Source of the DNA: an uncultured Gammaproteobacteria bacterium
GTDB taxonomy: Bacteria > Pseudomonadota > Gammaproteobacteria > UBA9214
DNA length: 64,000 nt
Reading direction: 5' to 3'
Assembly: GCA_963748215.1 (NCBI GenBank)
Contig: CAVVHS010000009.1
Coordinates: forward strand, 64,001-128,000
Shown one piece after another: positions 48,967-59,391 of this stretch. Under the pieces are notes generated by a model that made no database searches, was not told where the DNA came from, and saw only the letters and a list, made by a program, of their open reading frames with translations. Made by a program: the position numbers and the translations under genes. Positions within the stretch are counted from its first letter, which is position 1. The number at the start of each line of letters is the position of its first letter.

Positions 48967-49749
48967 ATGCTCACTGTCAGCAGCATGCAACTGAACGCCT
49001 GGGTGGCCGCCTTCCTGTGGCCGTTCATGCGCATCGGCGCAATGCTGGTGGCGGCGCCGGTGTTCGGCGCACGCATGGTGCCGGTGCGCGTACGGCTGGC
49101 GCTGGCACTGGTACTGGCGCTGATGATGGCGCCGATGGTGTCGCAGGATGTGGCGGCCATCGATCCGCTCAGTGCGCAGGGCCTGCTGATCAGCGCGCAA
49201 CAGCTGCTGATCGGGGCGGCCATGGGTTTCATCCTGCAGATGGCGTTTTCGGCGATCGTGATCGGGGCGCAATCGATCGCCATGAGCATGGGCCTTGGCT
49301 TCGCGACGGCGGTGGATCCGCAGAATGGCGTTCAGGTGCCGGTAATCGCGCAGTATTACCTGACGCTGGCCACGCTGATCTTCCTCGCGCTGAATGGCCA
49401 CCTGTTGCTGGTGCAGATACTGGTCGACAGTTTCCAGACCCTGCCGGTCGGCGTGATCGGGCTGTCCTCGGCCGGGCTGTGGGATATCGTCAACTGGGGC
49501 GGGCGCATGTTTGTCGGTGCCGTGCTGATCGCATTGACCGGGATCTCCGCCCTGCTGCTGATCAACCTCGCGTTCGGCGTGATGAGCCGTGCCGCGCCGC
49601 AGCTGAATATTTTCGGTGTGGGTTTCCCGGTCATGATGGGCGCCGGCTTTATCGTAATCATGGTGAGCCTGCCGGGCATGACGCCGCATGTGTCGAACCT
49701 CACGCTGGATGCCTTCGACCTGCTGCGTTCGCTGCTGGCGGGAGTGTGA
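48967..49749 (+). CDS. fliR: Export gate
   Basis: MGLGFA..VDP, LNGHL, RAAPQLNIF.VGFP. Confidence 0.95.
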   Translation: MLTVSSMQLNAWVAAFLWPFMRIGAMLVAAPVFGARMVPVRVRLALALVLALMMAPMVSQDVAAIDPLSAQGLLISAQQLLIGAAMGFILQMAFSAIVIGAQSIAMSMGLGFATAVDPQNGVQVPVIAQYYLTLATLIFLALNGHLLLVQILVDSFQTLPVGVIGLSSAGLWDIVNWGGRMFVGAVLIALTGISALLLINLAFGVMSRAAPQLNIFGVGFPVMMGAGFIVIMVSLPGMTPHVSNLTLDAFDLLRSLLAGV

Positions 49750-49752
49750 TGC

Positions 49753-50886
49753 ATGGCTGATCAAAGCGGCATGGAGCGTACCGAACGCGCCACCCCCAAA
49801 CGCATTCAGGATGCCCGCGAAAAGGGCCAGGTCCCGCGCTCGCGCGATCTCAATACCGTGTTGCTGATGCTGGCATCCTCCGGCGGCCTGCTGGCCTTCG
49901 GCGGCGTCATGACCGAGGGCCTGGCGCGCCAGATGACGGCGGCGTTTACCCGTACGCGTGACAGCCTGTTCGACCCGCTGACACTGTCGCCGTTTCTCGG
50001 GCAGGTGCTGGTTGAGGTGAGTCTGGCGTTTGCGCCGTTCCTGCTGTTGCTGTTCATGGTCGCGCTGATGGCGCCCATGGCGCTGGGGGGGTGGTCCTTC
50101 AGTCTCAAGGCACTGGCGCTGAATTTCGGCAAGCTCGACCCCGTCAAGGGATTCGGTCGCATCTTCTCGATGCGTGCGCCGGTCGAGGCGCTGAAGTCAT
50201 TCCTGAAATTCCTGGTTGTGGCGGTGGTGTGCTATCTGCTGCTCAAGCAGCGCGCCGACGAGCTGTTCGTACTGGGCAGCGAGCCGCTGGAAGCCGGCCT
50301 GAAGCATGCCGCGCACATCATCGGCTGGTCGTTCGTGGGCATGAGCGCGGTGCTGATACTGATCGCCGCGGCGGATGTCCCGTTCCAGCTCTGGGACCAT
50401 GCCAACAAGCTGAAAATGACCAAGCAGGAAACCAAGGACGAGAGCAAGCAGACCGAGGGCAGTCCGGAACTGAAGAGCCGCATTCGCGCCGTGCAGCGGC
50501 GCATGGCGCAGCAGCGCATGATGCAGGATGTGCCGACCGCGGATGTCTTGGTGACCAATCCGACGCACTACGCCGTTGCACTGCGCTACGACCAGGAGGG
50601 AACGGGCGCACCGCGGGTGGTTGCCTCCGGTGCCGATCTGATCGCCGCCGAAATACGCAAGGTCGCCGTCGCCAATAACGTAACCATTGTCGAGGCCCCG
50701 CCGCTGGCCCGTGCGCTGTACTACAACGCGGACATCGGCCAGGAAATCCCGGCCGGGCTGTATGTCGCCGTGGCGCAGCTGCTGGCCTACGTCTTCCAGT
50801 TGCGCGCCGTCCGTACCAGCGGCAGGCAACCGCCGGTGCTCCCGGAGGCATTCCCGATCCCGCCGGAGTTACGCAGGGACCAGTGA
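49753..50886 (+). CDS. flhB: Export substrate-specificity switch
   Basis: TE.ATPKR, EGSPELK, NPTH autocleavage motif. Confidence 0.97.
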   Translation: MADQSGMERTERATPKRIQDAREKGQVPRSRDLNTVLLMLASSGGLLAFGGVMTEGLARQMTAAFTRTRDSLFDPLTLSPFLGQVLVEVSLAFAPFLLLLFMVALMAPMALGGWSFSLKALALNFGKLDPVKGFGRIFSMRAPVEALKSFLKFLVVAVVCYLLLKQRADELFVLGSEPLEAGLKHAAHIIGWSFVGMSAVLILIAAADVPFQLWDHANKLKMTKQETKDESKQTEGSPELKSRIRAVQRRMAQQRMMQDVPTADVLVTNPTHYAVALRYDQEGTGAPRVVASGADLIAAEIRKVAVANNVTIVEAPPLARALYYNADIGQEIPAGLYVAVAQLLAYVFQLRAVRTSGRQPPVLPEAFPIPPELRRDQ

Positions 50887-50906
50887 TTCGCAAGGCAAGG
50901 TGAAAC

Positions 50907-53009
50907 ATGGATAACACAAACGCAATCCCGTTTTTCAGACCGCGCATGCTGATCGGACTCGGCACGCCGCTGCTGCTGGTCATGCTGCTCGGCATGATGG
51001 TGCTGCCGCTGCCGCCGGTGGTGCTGGACTTGGTCTTCACGTTCAATATCGCCCTGAGCCTGATCGTGCTGCTGGTGGCGGTCTATACGATCAAACCGCT
51101 GGAGTTCGCGATCTTCCCGACCGTCCTGCTGATCGCGACGCTGTTGCGCCTGGCGCTGAACGTCGCCTCCACGCGCGTGATCATGCTCAACGGCCACGAG
51201 GGTACCGCGGCCGCCGGTCATGTGATCGAGGCCTTCGGCGACTTCGTGGTAGGCGGCAATTATGCCGTCGGCCTGGTGGTGTTCGCGATCCTGATGATCA
51301 TCAACTTCGTCGTGGTGACCAAGGGCGCGGGGCGCATCTCGGAAGTCAGCGCCCGCTTCACCCTCGATGCCATGCCCGGCAAGCAGATGGCCGTCGATGC
51401 CGACCTCAATGCCGGCCTGATCACCCAGGAGGAGGCGCGTGAACGTCGCGAAGAGATAGCGAACGAGGCGGATTTCTACGGCGCCATGGACGGCGCCAGC
51501 AAGTTCGTGCGCGGCGACGCGGTGGCCGGCCTGCTGATCCTGTTCATCAACATAATCGGTGGTTTCGCGGTTGGCATGCTCCAGCATGACCTGTCGCTGG
51601 CGGATGCCGCGCAGAACTATATCCTGCTCACCATCGGTGACGGCCTGGTGGCGCAGATACCCTCGCTGGTGCTGTCCACGGCCGCGGCCATCATCGTGAC
51701 CCGCGTGTCTTCCTCCCAGGACATGGGCCAGCAGTTCATCACGCAGCTGTTCAGCAACCCGCGTGCGCTGACCGTGACGGCCGCCATCGTCGGTGCGCTC
51801 GGCATCGTGCCCGGCATGCCCAACCTGGTATTCATCACCATTGCCTCGATCATCGGCGGGCTGTCACTGCTGCTCAGGTCGCAACAGAAGGCCACGGCAC
51901 GGCAGGTGGCACAGGAACAGCAAAAGCCCGAGCCCGACCGGCAGAATGCCGATCTCAGCTGGGACGACGTGCAGCCGGTCGACATGGTCGGGCTCGAGGT
52001 CGGCTATCGCCTGATCCCGCTGGTCGACCGTAACCAGGGTGGCCAGCTCATGTCGCGCATCAAGGGTGTGCGCAAGAAGCTGTCGCAGGAACTCGGTTTC
52101 CTGATCGACCCGGTGCATATCCGCGACAATCTCGACCTGCAGCCGGGCGGCTACCGCATCAACCTGATGGGCGTGCCGATCGGGCAGGCCGAGGTGTATC
52201 CCGACAAGGAGCTGGCGATCAATCCCGGCAAGGTGTTCGGCAAGCTCAAGGGCGTCGAGACAACCGACCCTGCGTTCGGGCTGGAGGCGGTGTGGATCGA
52301 CGCCGGGCAGCGCGATGAGGCACAGACGCACGGCTATACCGTGGTCGATGCCAGCACTGTCGTGGCGACGCATCTCAGTCACCTGCTGCAGCAGCATGCG
52401 CACGAGTTGCTCGGCCACGAGGGTGCGCAGCAGCTGCTCGACATGCTGGCGAAGAGTTCGCCCAAGCTGGTCGAGACGCTGGTGCCGAAGACGCTGTCGC
52501 TGGGTGTGGTGGTCAGGGTGTTGCAGAACCTGCTCGAGGAAGGTGTGCCGATCCGTGACATGCGCACCATCGCCGAAACACTGGCGGAGGCAGGGGTCCG
52601 CAGTCAGGATCCCGACATCCTCACGGCCGCGGTGCGCGTCATGCTGTCGCGCATGATTTATCAGAAAATCAACGGCATGGAAGATAGTTTGCCGGCCATG
52701 GCGCTGGATCCGAAGTTGGAACAATTGTTGCTTCAATCCATGCAAGGCGCCCAGGAAGGCGGCCCGGGCATCGAGCCGGGACTGGCGGAGGGCATGCTGA
52801 GATCGCTGGCCGAGAACACCCGGCAGCGGGAAATGAACGGCGAACCGGCGGTACTGCTGGTATCGCCGGTACTGCGGCAATGGCTGGCACGGTTCATACG
52901 CGGTGCCGTGCAGGGCTTGCAGGTACTGTCATACAACGAGGTACCCGACAACCGCCAGGTCAAGGTGGTGGGCACGATCGGCGGCGAGCCCTACGCGATG
53001 GCCGGTTGA
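50907..53009 (+). CDS. flhA: Export apparatus protein
   Basis: RLALNVASTR, ARFTLDAMPGKQM, FYGAMDGASKFVRGD. Confidence 0.98.
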   Translation: MDNTNAIPFFRPRMLIGLGTPLLLVMLLGMMVLPLPPVVLDLVFTFNIALSLIVLLVAVYTIKPLEFAIFPTVLLIATLLRLALNVASTRVIMLNGHEGTAAAGHVIEAFGDFVVGGNYAVGLVVFAILMIINFVVVTKGAGRISEVSARFTLDAMPGKQMAVDADLNAGLITQEEARERREEIANEADFYGAMDGASKFVRGDAVAGLLILFINIIGGFAVGMLQHDLSLADAAQNYILLTIGDGLVAQIPSLVLSTAAAIIVTRVSSSQDMGQQFITQLFSNPRALTVTAAIVGALGIVPGMPNLVFITIASIIGGLSLLLRSQQKATARQVAQEQQKPEPDRQNADLSWDDVQPVDMVGLEVGYRLIPLVDRNQGGQLMSRIKGVRKKLSQELGFLIDPVHIRDNLDLQPGGYRINLMGVPIGQAEVYPDKELAINPGKVFGKLKGVETTDPAFGLEAVWIDAGQRDEAQTHGYTVVDASTVVATHLSHLLQQHAHELLGHEGAQQLLDMLAKSSPKLVETLVPKTLSLGVVVRVLQNLLEEGVPIRDMRTIAETLAEAGVRSQDPDILTAAVRVMLSRMIYQKINGMEDSLPAMALDPKLEQLLLQSMQGAQEGGPGIEPGLAEGMLRSLAENTRQREMNGEPAVLLVSPVLRQWLARFIRGAVQGLQVLSYNEVPDNRQVKVVGTIGGEPYAMAG

Positions 53010-53053
53010 GCGCGCCGCACGGGAATGCAGTCGTTACACGGAGGTAGCGGATA

Positions 53054-54280
53054 ATGAAAATGAAACGATTCAGCGCATCGGAGATGCGTCACGCGATGCA
53101 GAAGGTCAATGACGAGCTGGGACCCGATGCATTGATCCTGTCCAGCCGCAAGACGGAGGACGGTGTCGAAATCATTGCCGCGGTTGATTATGAAGAGGAA
53201 CTGCGCGGTGCCGCGGCCATGGTGCCGGTCAGGGCGGACACTGCGGACACGCGGCCGGCCGCGGTGCCGAAACCCGCAGCGCAACAGCCCGCACCGGCCA
53301 GCAGCGCGCCGGCACAGCCCGTCGTCGACAGCCAGGTGGTCAGCGGCATGCAGCAGGAAATCCGGGCGCTGCGCGCCATGCTGGAAGTTCCGCTGGCCCA
53401 GCTGGGCTGGGATGCCATGCGCCGGCGCGAGCCGGTACGCGCGACCGTCATCGAGCGGCTGGAACTCATGCAGTTGCACCCGGTGATCGCCAACCGCATT
53501 GCCGACCGGATTACCGGGATCGACGATGCCGAGACCGGCTGGAAGCAGGCGCTGGCAGAGCTCGAGCAAATGCTGCCGATCGCCGGCGATGACCTGATGG
53601 AGGAGGGTGGCGTGGTGGCGCTGGTCGGTCCGACCGGGGTCGGCAAGACCACGACCATCGCGAAAATCGCGGCACGCTTCGCGCTGCACCACGGGCGGCG
53701 TCATGTCGCGCTCGTCACCATGGATCATTACCGCATCGGTGCGCACGAGCAGCTGCGTACCTACGGCAAGCTGCTGGGTGTGCCGGTACACATTGCCGGC
53801 GACGAAGAGGAACTGCGCGTCATCATCAACCAGATGGATGAGCGCAAGCTGATCCTGATCGACACCGCGGGCACCAGTCAGCGCGATACCGACCTGCTGG
53901 ACAAGTTCGCCATGCTGAATGGCGGCGGGACGGTGATACGGCGCTATCTGGTGCTGGCCGCCAACAGCCAGATGTCTGTCAACGACGATGTGCTGGAGGC
54001 CTTCAGTGCGCTGCGCCCGGACAAGTGCATCCTGACCAAGGTGGACGAGGCGACCAGCCTGGGCGGCGTGCTCTCGGTGCTGATCAAGCACGGCCTGCCG
54101 CTGGTCTATACCGGTGACGGGCAACGGGTCCCCGATGATTTTCACTCGGCAAGGGCGTGCCAGCTGGCGGCGCAGGCGCTGTTGCTGGCCGAACGCGGTG
54201 CCACGACGGAATCCGACGAGGCTTGGCTGCATGCCCTGGGAAACACGGAGGCCACGACGCGTGTACACGCACATGCCTGA
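53054..54280 (+). CDS. flhF: SRP-family GTPase
   Basis: ELGPDALILS, GPTGVGKTTT, DTAG, TKVDE, GQRVPDD. Confidence 0.95.
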   Translation: MKMKRFSASEMRHAMQKVNDELGPDALILSSRKTEDGVEIIAAVDYEEELRGAAAMVPVRADTADTRPAAVPKPAAQQPAPASSAPAQPVVDSQVVSGMQQEIRALRAMLEVPLAQLGWDAMRRREPVRATVIERLELMQLHPVIANRIADRITGIDDAETGWKQALAELEQMLPIAGDDLMEEGGVVALVGPTGVGKTTTIAKIAARFALHHGRRHVALVTMDHYRIGAHEQLRTYGKLLGVPVHIAGDEEELRVIINQMDERKLILIDTAGTSQRDTDLLDKFAMLNGGGTVIRRYLVLAANSQMSVNDDVLEAFSALRPDKCILTKVDEATSLGGVLSVLIKHGLPLVYTGDGQRVPDDFHSARACQLAAQALLLAERGATTESDEAWLHALGNTEATTRVHAHA

Positions 54281-55157
54281 GCAGAGGCCTGATCAGGCGG
54301 CCGGACTGCGTCGCATGACCGGCCTGTCGCGACCGGTCAAGGTCATTGCCGTGGCCAGTGGCAAGGGTGGCGTCGGCAAGACCAGCGTCTCTATCAACCT
54401 TGCCGTCACCATGGCGCAACAGGGTCGCAAGGTCATGCTGCTGGATGCCGACCTGGGTCTGGCGAATGTCGATGTACTGCTTGGCATCAATGCCCGGCGT
54501 AACCTGTCGCATGTGATTTCGGGCGAGGCCAGTCTCGAGGAGGTCATCGTGGAAGGGCCTGCGGGGTTGCGAATTATACCATCCGCATCAGGGACAAGAA
54601 GCATGCTCGACCTGTCCACGGCCGAACAGGGCGGTCTGATCCGTGCGTTCAGCGAATTGCAGGGCGATGTGGATATCATGCTGGTCGATATCGCTGCCGG
54701 CCTGTCCGAGAGCGTGATGACCTTCACCCGTGCGGCGCACGAGGTCGTGGTGGTGGTCTGTGACGAACCCGCCTCGCTGACCGATGCCTATGCCCTGATC
54801 AAGGTGCTGAACCGTGATCACGGCGTCGACCGCTTTCACATACTCGCGAACATGATCGGTAATGCCCACGAGGGTCGGCAGCTGTTCGACAAGCTGGCGC
54901 GTGTGTCGCAGCGCTTTCTCGACGTGACGCTGGGTTACATGGGCGCGGTGCCGTACGACGAATATCTGCGCAAGGCGGTCCAGCGTCAGCTGGCGGTGGT
55001 CGAGGCCTATCCGCGCAGCCGCTCCGCACTGGCATTCCGCAAAATGGCCGATCGCACCGAACGCTGGCCACTGCCCCGGATGGCAACCGGGCGACTGGAA
55101 TTTTTCGTCGAGCGACTGATCCGGTCCGGTTCCGTCGCGAGTGAATACCTGAGTTAG
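54273..55157 (+). CDS. flhG: MinD-like flagellar number regulator (FlhG/FleN)
   Basis: DQAAGLR, SGKGGVGKT, DADLGLAN, LEFFVERL. Confidence 0.95.
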   Translation: MPEQRPDQAAGLRRMTGLSRPVKVIAVASGKGGVGKTSVSINLAVTMAQQGRKVMLLDADLGLANVDVLLGINARRNLSHVISGEASLEEVIVEGPAGLRIIPSASGTRSMLDLSTAEQGGLIRAFSELQGDVDIMLVDIAAGLSESVMTFTRAAHEVVVVVCDEPASLTDAYALIKVLNRDHGVDRFHILANMIGNAHEGRQLFDKLARVSQRFLDVTLGYMGAVPYDEYLRKAVQRQLAVVEAYPRSRSALAFRKMADRTERWPLPRMATGRLEFFVERLIRSGSVASEYLS

Positions 55158-55173
55158 CAGGCGGCGGTCGAAC

Positions 55174-55812
55174 ATGCGGGCGCGTTTGCTATCCAATGCC
55201 ATAGTCCTGTTGCTGTCTTGCATGGTCGCCGGCTGCTTCTCACCCGATGCCGCTGCGGAGCAGTACCTGGTCACCGTGCTGCGCAGCAGTAACCCGATGG
55301 AGGTGCGTGAGCTGCTTGGATCGAAGCGGCCGCCTGCAGCAACCGGACCGGTCGGCCGGCGGCGCGATTTCAGGACGGCCGGTTACGGGCAGCGACATCA
55401 CAGCCAGTGGCAGGTGATCGTGGGCGAAGGAGAGGCCGCATTTCTGGCAACCGGTAACATAACGCCGCAGCTGCAGGTACCCTGGATCGAGCTCACGCGG
55501 CGCGGGGCGGTACCCCATGCCAGGCTGGTGGAGCATGAGGATGTGCGGGGTTGTTACGTACAGGCAACACGCCGCGGGCGCGAAGTTGAAGTGGAACTCT
55601 ATCAGTTTACCGACCGCGCCGGACCGGACACTATGCCCGGCCGTCCCGCGCCGGGTTTGCGTACCGTCCTGCGCGGCAGGCCGGGTCAATGGCTGGATGC
55701 CGGCGGCAACCTCTTGCCGGACTTCGAACCGCCTGCGACACGCCAATATGGCGTGCGCCACAGCGATCCGCGGCGTTTCCGCTTGCTGGTCAGGATCGAC
55801 CCGATCGATTGA
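55174..55812 (+). CDS. Exported protein resembling a truncated secretin C-domain
   Basis: Signal peptide; VIVGEGEAAFLATG...GCYV...TVLRGRPGQWLDAGG. Confidence 0.5.
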   Translation: MRARLLSNAIVLLLSCMVAGCFSPDAAAEQYLVTVLRSSNPMEVRELLGSKRPPAATGPVGRRRDFRTAGYGQRHHSQWQVIVGEGEAAFLATGNITPQLQVPWIELTRRGAVPHARLVEHEDVRGCYVQATRRGREVEVELYQFTDRAGPDTMPGRPAPGLRTVLRGRPGQWLDAGGNLLPDFEPPATRQYGVRHSDPRRFRLLVRIDPID

Positions 55813-55842
55813 TCGAGAGTGGCTTGTCGCGGTGCAGGCGGG

Positions 55843-56025
55843 CTAGGCGTATTCGTCGATGTGAATCTGCTCCCCGTCGCCCGGATCCTGGTCGTCTGCC
55901 CGCGGCTGTTTGTCGGCGCGTGAATCTTTACGGTCTTCGCGTGGCTTGCGCTGCGGCAGGGGTCGCACCCGCGGCAATTCGGACGGAATCGGAGGGAGCG
56001 AACTGATTTTTTCAAAACTTGCCAT
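55843..56025 (-). CDS. Small hypothetical protein ending HIDEYA
   Basis: 60 aa; C-terminus resembles D.YV/DEYA tails of flagellar-locus proteins; preceded by sigma28-like promoter. Confidence 0.55.
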   Translation of the reverse strand: MASFEKISSLPPIPSELPRVRPLPQRKPREDRKDSRADKQPRADDQDPGDGEQIHIDEYA

Positions 56026-56056
56026 GGCATATCTCAGGCCGGTTTTCCCACCGGAT

Positions 56057-56083
56057 ATAACGGCTGTCACCGGCCGGGCTTTA
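56057..56083 (-). promoter_or_regulatory. Putative sigma28 promoter
   Basis: Minus strand TAAA-N15-GCCGTTAT. Confidence 0.55.
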
Positions 56084-56293
56084 ACGGCGGATGGCCGTAC
56101 GGCCATCCGCCGGCCGGGCATATGCTGCACTTTCGGATGAAGCCTGTTTGCCGGTGCGGCGCAGCTTGCGCGACGTCGCGAGAATAATGACAGTGGCGTA
56201 CGTGCCGGCTGGTGGCCTGTCCGGCCCTTGTGTGCGAGAATCGGCGCGTCCTGGTTCGTCATCGGGTTTGCTTGCAGCGAAAAGGAAACGGAC

Positions 56294-57353
56294 ATGGAAG
56301 GCAACAGAAACCTCAGCAGCATCATCAGCAAGATCCGGGATGAAGGCCCACCCGGCAGCGGTGCGACACCGCGGCCGGGTGACGCGGCGGGTCCGGGGCA
56401 TGACGGCGATACACCGATGCAGACGGCTGCCGCAGCTACCGCCGGGCCCCGGACCTCTCGCAAGCTGCTGCCGGGGCTGGTGTTGCCGCTGGTGCTCATC
56501 ATCGGCCTGCTGTTTTTTGCCGGAAACTATACCGGTTATCGCGACGACGGCATGCCCGGCAATGTTGCCGGCACCCTGCGTGGCTGGTTTGCCGGAGTGC
56601 CCGGTGCTGCCAAAGACGCAGGCATGGCCGATACGGACGCAATCGCGGCCATGGCCGTGGACGAACAACTGGTCCGCGAATTACGGGCGCGGCAGCTCGC
56701 CATCACGGCCCGTCTCGATCAGCTGACCGATACCGTCACGACGCTCAGCGAGACCGTCAACAGGAACTGGGCAGTCAACGACACGGTGGTCGCCGGCCTG
56801 CGCCAGGAACAGCAGGCGGGTATCGCTGCGCTTGAGGCTCGCGTTTCCGAATTGCAGGGCCGGCTTGCCGAAGCAGCCGACAAGCCGGCAGCTACAAAAC
56901 AGCCGGCTCCGGCCAAGCCGGCAGCACCGGCGAAGCAGGCCGTGTCCACCAAACCGGCAGCGCAGGCAAAGCAGGTTGTGTCCACCAAGCCGGGCCGGCG
57001 AAGCAGCAGTCCACACTGCACGAGCAATCCGCGACCGCCAGGCCGGCAGCACAGGCAAAGCAGGCCACGCCCGTCCAACCGGCGGCTCCGCGACACGACA
57101 GCAGCAGGCCGTGGCCGGTGAAGAGTGGGTCGTGAATGTTGCGTCCTCGTCACACGAGCAGGCCATGCTGGAACGTGCGACCGTGCTCAAGGAGCAGGGT
57201 ATTCCCGTGGAACGTCAGACACTTACCATCGAGGGCGACCTGATGTACCGCCTGCGTGTGCCCGGATTCGCCACCAGCGACGAGGCCAGGCGCTATGCCA
57301 GGCGGCTGGACAAGGAATTCGGTATCAGGGGGGGCTGGGTCAGCCGCAAATAG
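56294..57353 (+). CDS. SPOR-domain membrane protein, frameshifted twice in the KPAA-repeat linker (~56993 and ~57090)
   Basis: RBS AAGGA; TM, coiled coil, KPAA.AKQ repeats; C-terminal WVVNVAS...YRLRVPGFAT..EA...WVSR in another frame. Confidence 0.75.
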
Positions 57354-57457
57354 CATCGCCTGTCACTGCGCAGTAAAACGCGGACGCTATCCGCTTATGC
57401 TTCGCGGCAAGCGGTATATGCGCACTCCGGTTTTTTCTCCCGCGCGTGTTTCAATGC

Positions 57458-57484
57458 TAAATATCCGCAATATCAGGACGATAC
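57458..57484 (+). promoter_or_regulatory. Putative sigma28 promoter
   Basis: TAAA-N15-GACGATAC. Confidence 0.5.
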
Positions 57485-57590
57485 AAGTGTGGTATCGCCA
57501 CGCCTTGCTGCCTGTCCGATCTGTAACGCCGCGGTGCTGGCCTGGTTATACGGTTGCCATAGGGATTTTGTTGCACATGGGAGTGCCGGA

Positions 57591-59165
57591 ATGAATAAAG
57601 GACCAGTAGAGCTGCACCTGGATACACAGCTTCAGACCCGTCTCGAACGCTGTACCACCCTGCCCAGTCCGCCCGTTGTCGCCCTGCGCGTCATCGAGCT
57701 CGCGCAGGACCCGGAGGTCGATATCGGCATGGTGGCCGATGTCATCAGTACGGACCCGGCGCTGGCGGCCAAGGTGCTGCGGGTTTCCAACTCTCCAATA
57801 TATGCACTGCGTCGCAAGGCCGAAACCCTGCACCAGGCTATCACCTTGCTGGGCCTGAACGGCACCCTGATGCTGGCACTGAGCTTCTCGCTGGCATCCA
57901 CCATGAACGACGATGCAGACCAGGGGTTTGACTACACGCATTTCTGGAAGCGCTCCCTGGCCGCTGCGACCTGTGCACGCCGGCTGGGCGCTGCCATCAA
58001 GCTGCGTACACGCGAAGAACTTTTTCTTGCCAGCCTGTTGCAGGATATCGGCATGCTGGTGATCGACAAGATGGATCCAAAGTTCTACCAGGGGCTTGGT
58101 GTCGATCAGCATGATCACGCGGCAGTCGCGGCCTGTGAAAGCGAACGGCTCGGTGTGGATCACGCCGCCATCGGTGGCTGGATGCTGCGTAAATGGGGAT
58201 TCCCGGAGTACCTGTTCGACGCGGTGGTGTACAGCCATGCTGCGGAATCGCCCGTCGAGGCCAGGGATCTGCAGAAGCTCGTGCACTGCGTATCGCTCTC
58301 CGGTCTGCTGGTCGATGCCATGCAGAATCCGACCGAACACAACAACCTGCCGTTGATTGCCGGTCTGGCGAATGACCGCCTGGATATCGACGAGGAAATG
58401 TTCAGGGAAATGATGGAAGCACTGAACGAGGACCTGGTCGAGGCGCAGGACATGTTTGAGACCGACCTTAGTGATTACAGTTATTCGGATACCCTGATCG
58501 ATAACGCCAAGGAAACACTCATGATGATGAACCTGCAGTCGCTTCAGCAGGCTGACAGGCTGCAGGAAACCGCCGAGGTGCTTGAATCGAGAACCCGCGA
58601 ACTGGAGGAGCGCTCGCGACGTGACGGCTTGACGGGGCTTTATAACCGCGCCCATCTGGATGAGAAAATCAGTCATGAATTCACCATGGCGAGCGACCGC
58701 GACTGGTCCATGGTTGTCATGTTCGTTGACCTCGATCACTTCAAGCGGGTAAACGATACTTATGGGCACCAGGCCGGTGACCAGGTGCTGCAGCGGGCTG
58801 CGCATGCGCTTGTCAAGGGTACGCGTGATGACGACATTGTTGCACGTTATGGTGGTGAGGAATTCGTGATCGTCATGCCGGGTCACGGCGAGAAAACTGC
58901 ACATATCGTGGCCGACCGCCTGGTCAATGCCTTTCGGGACATGACACATGTCGTGAATGACGACAAGGAGATCAACGTGACTGCTTCCATCGGACTGTCC
59001 ATCATGGGCGAGAATGAAAGTTTCGAGTCGGTGGAAGCCATGCTGGAGGCTGCTGACAAGGCGCTCTATGTCGCGAAGAAGAATGGCCGTAACCGTTATG
59101 TCATCTACAGCCAGGACATGGGCAGCGATCCAGGGATGACCAGTGCTGCAATGCCGGCAGCGTAA
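57591..59165 (+). CDS. HDOD-GGDEF diguanylate cyclase
   Basis: LPSPP...DPALAAKVLRVSNS HDOD; DGLTGLYNR, DLDHFKRVND, I-site RDDD, GGEEF. Confidence 0.92.
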   Translation: MNKGPVELHLDTQLQTRLERCTTLPSPPVVALRVIELAQDPEVDIGMVADVISTDPALAAKVLRVSNSPIYALRRKAETLHQAITLLGLNGTLMLALSFSLASTMNDDADQGFDYTHFWKRSLAAATCARRLGAAIKLRTREELFLASLLQDIGMLVIDKMDPKFYQGLGVDQHDHAAVAACESERLGVDHAAIGGWMLRKWGFPEYLFDAVVYSHAAESPVEARDLQKLVHCVSLSGLLVDAMQNPTEHNNLPLIAGLANDRLDIDEEMFREMMEALNEDLVEAQDMFETDLSDYSYSDTLIDNAKETLMMMNLQSLQQADRLQETAEVLESRTRELEERSRRDGLTGLYNRAHLDEKISHEFTMASDRDWSMVVMFVDLDHFKRVNDTYGHQAGDQVLQRAAHALVKGTRDDDIVARYGGEEFVIVMPGHGEKTAHIVADRLVNAFRDMTHVVNDDKEINVTASIGLSIMGENESFESVEAMLEAADKALYVAKKNGRNRYVIYSQDMGSDPGMTSAAMPAA

Positions 59166-59391
59166 GGCAATAACCCGTCACTGTTTTCTCCGCAGGTGAC
59201 TGGCCGGTTGTCCGGACTACACTGGCGCCAGCACCATTCTGGTGCCGGTCCCGTGCGATCCGGTTACGCATGAGTGAAGTATTTCTGTGGCAGGTCTGCC
59301 GTATTGAGGCTGGAGTGATCTTCGTGGCTGGTGAGAAGGAAAGGCGTCCTGCATGCGTGTGAGCGTGAGCCTGGATTGCACGCAGATTTTA

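Noticed and set aside
13919-58949. Long antisense ORFs opposite secretin, fliD, fliI, flhA, flhF, HDOD-GGDEF and others
   Set aside because: Shadow ORFs expected from high-GC codon bias; no motifs or RBS.
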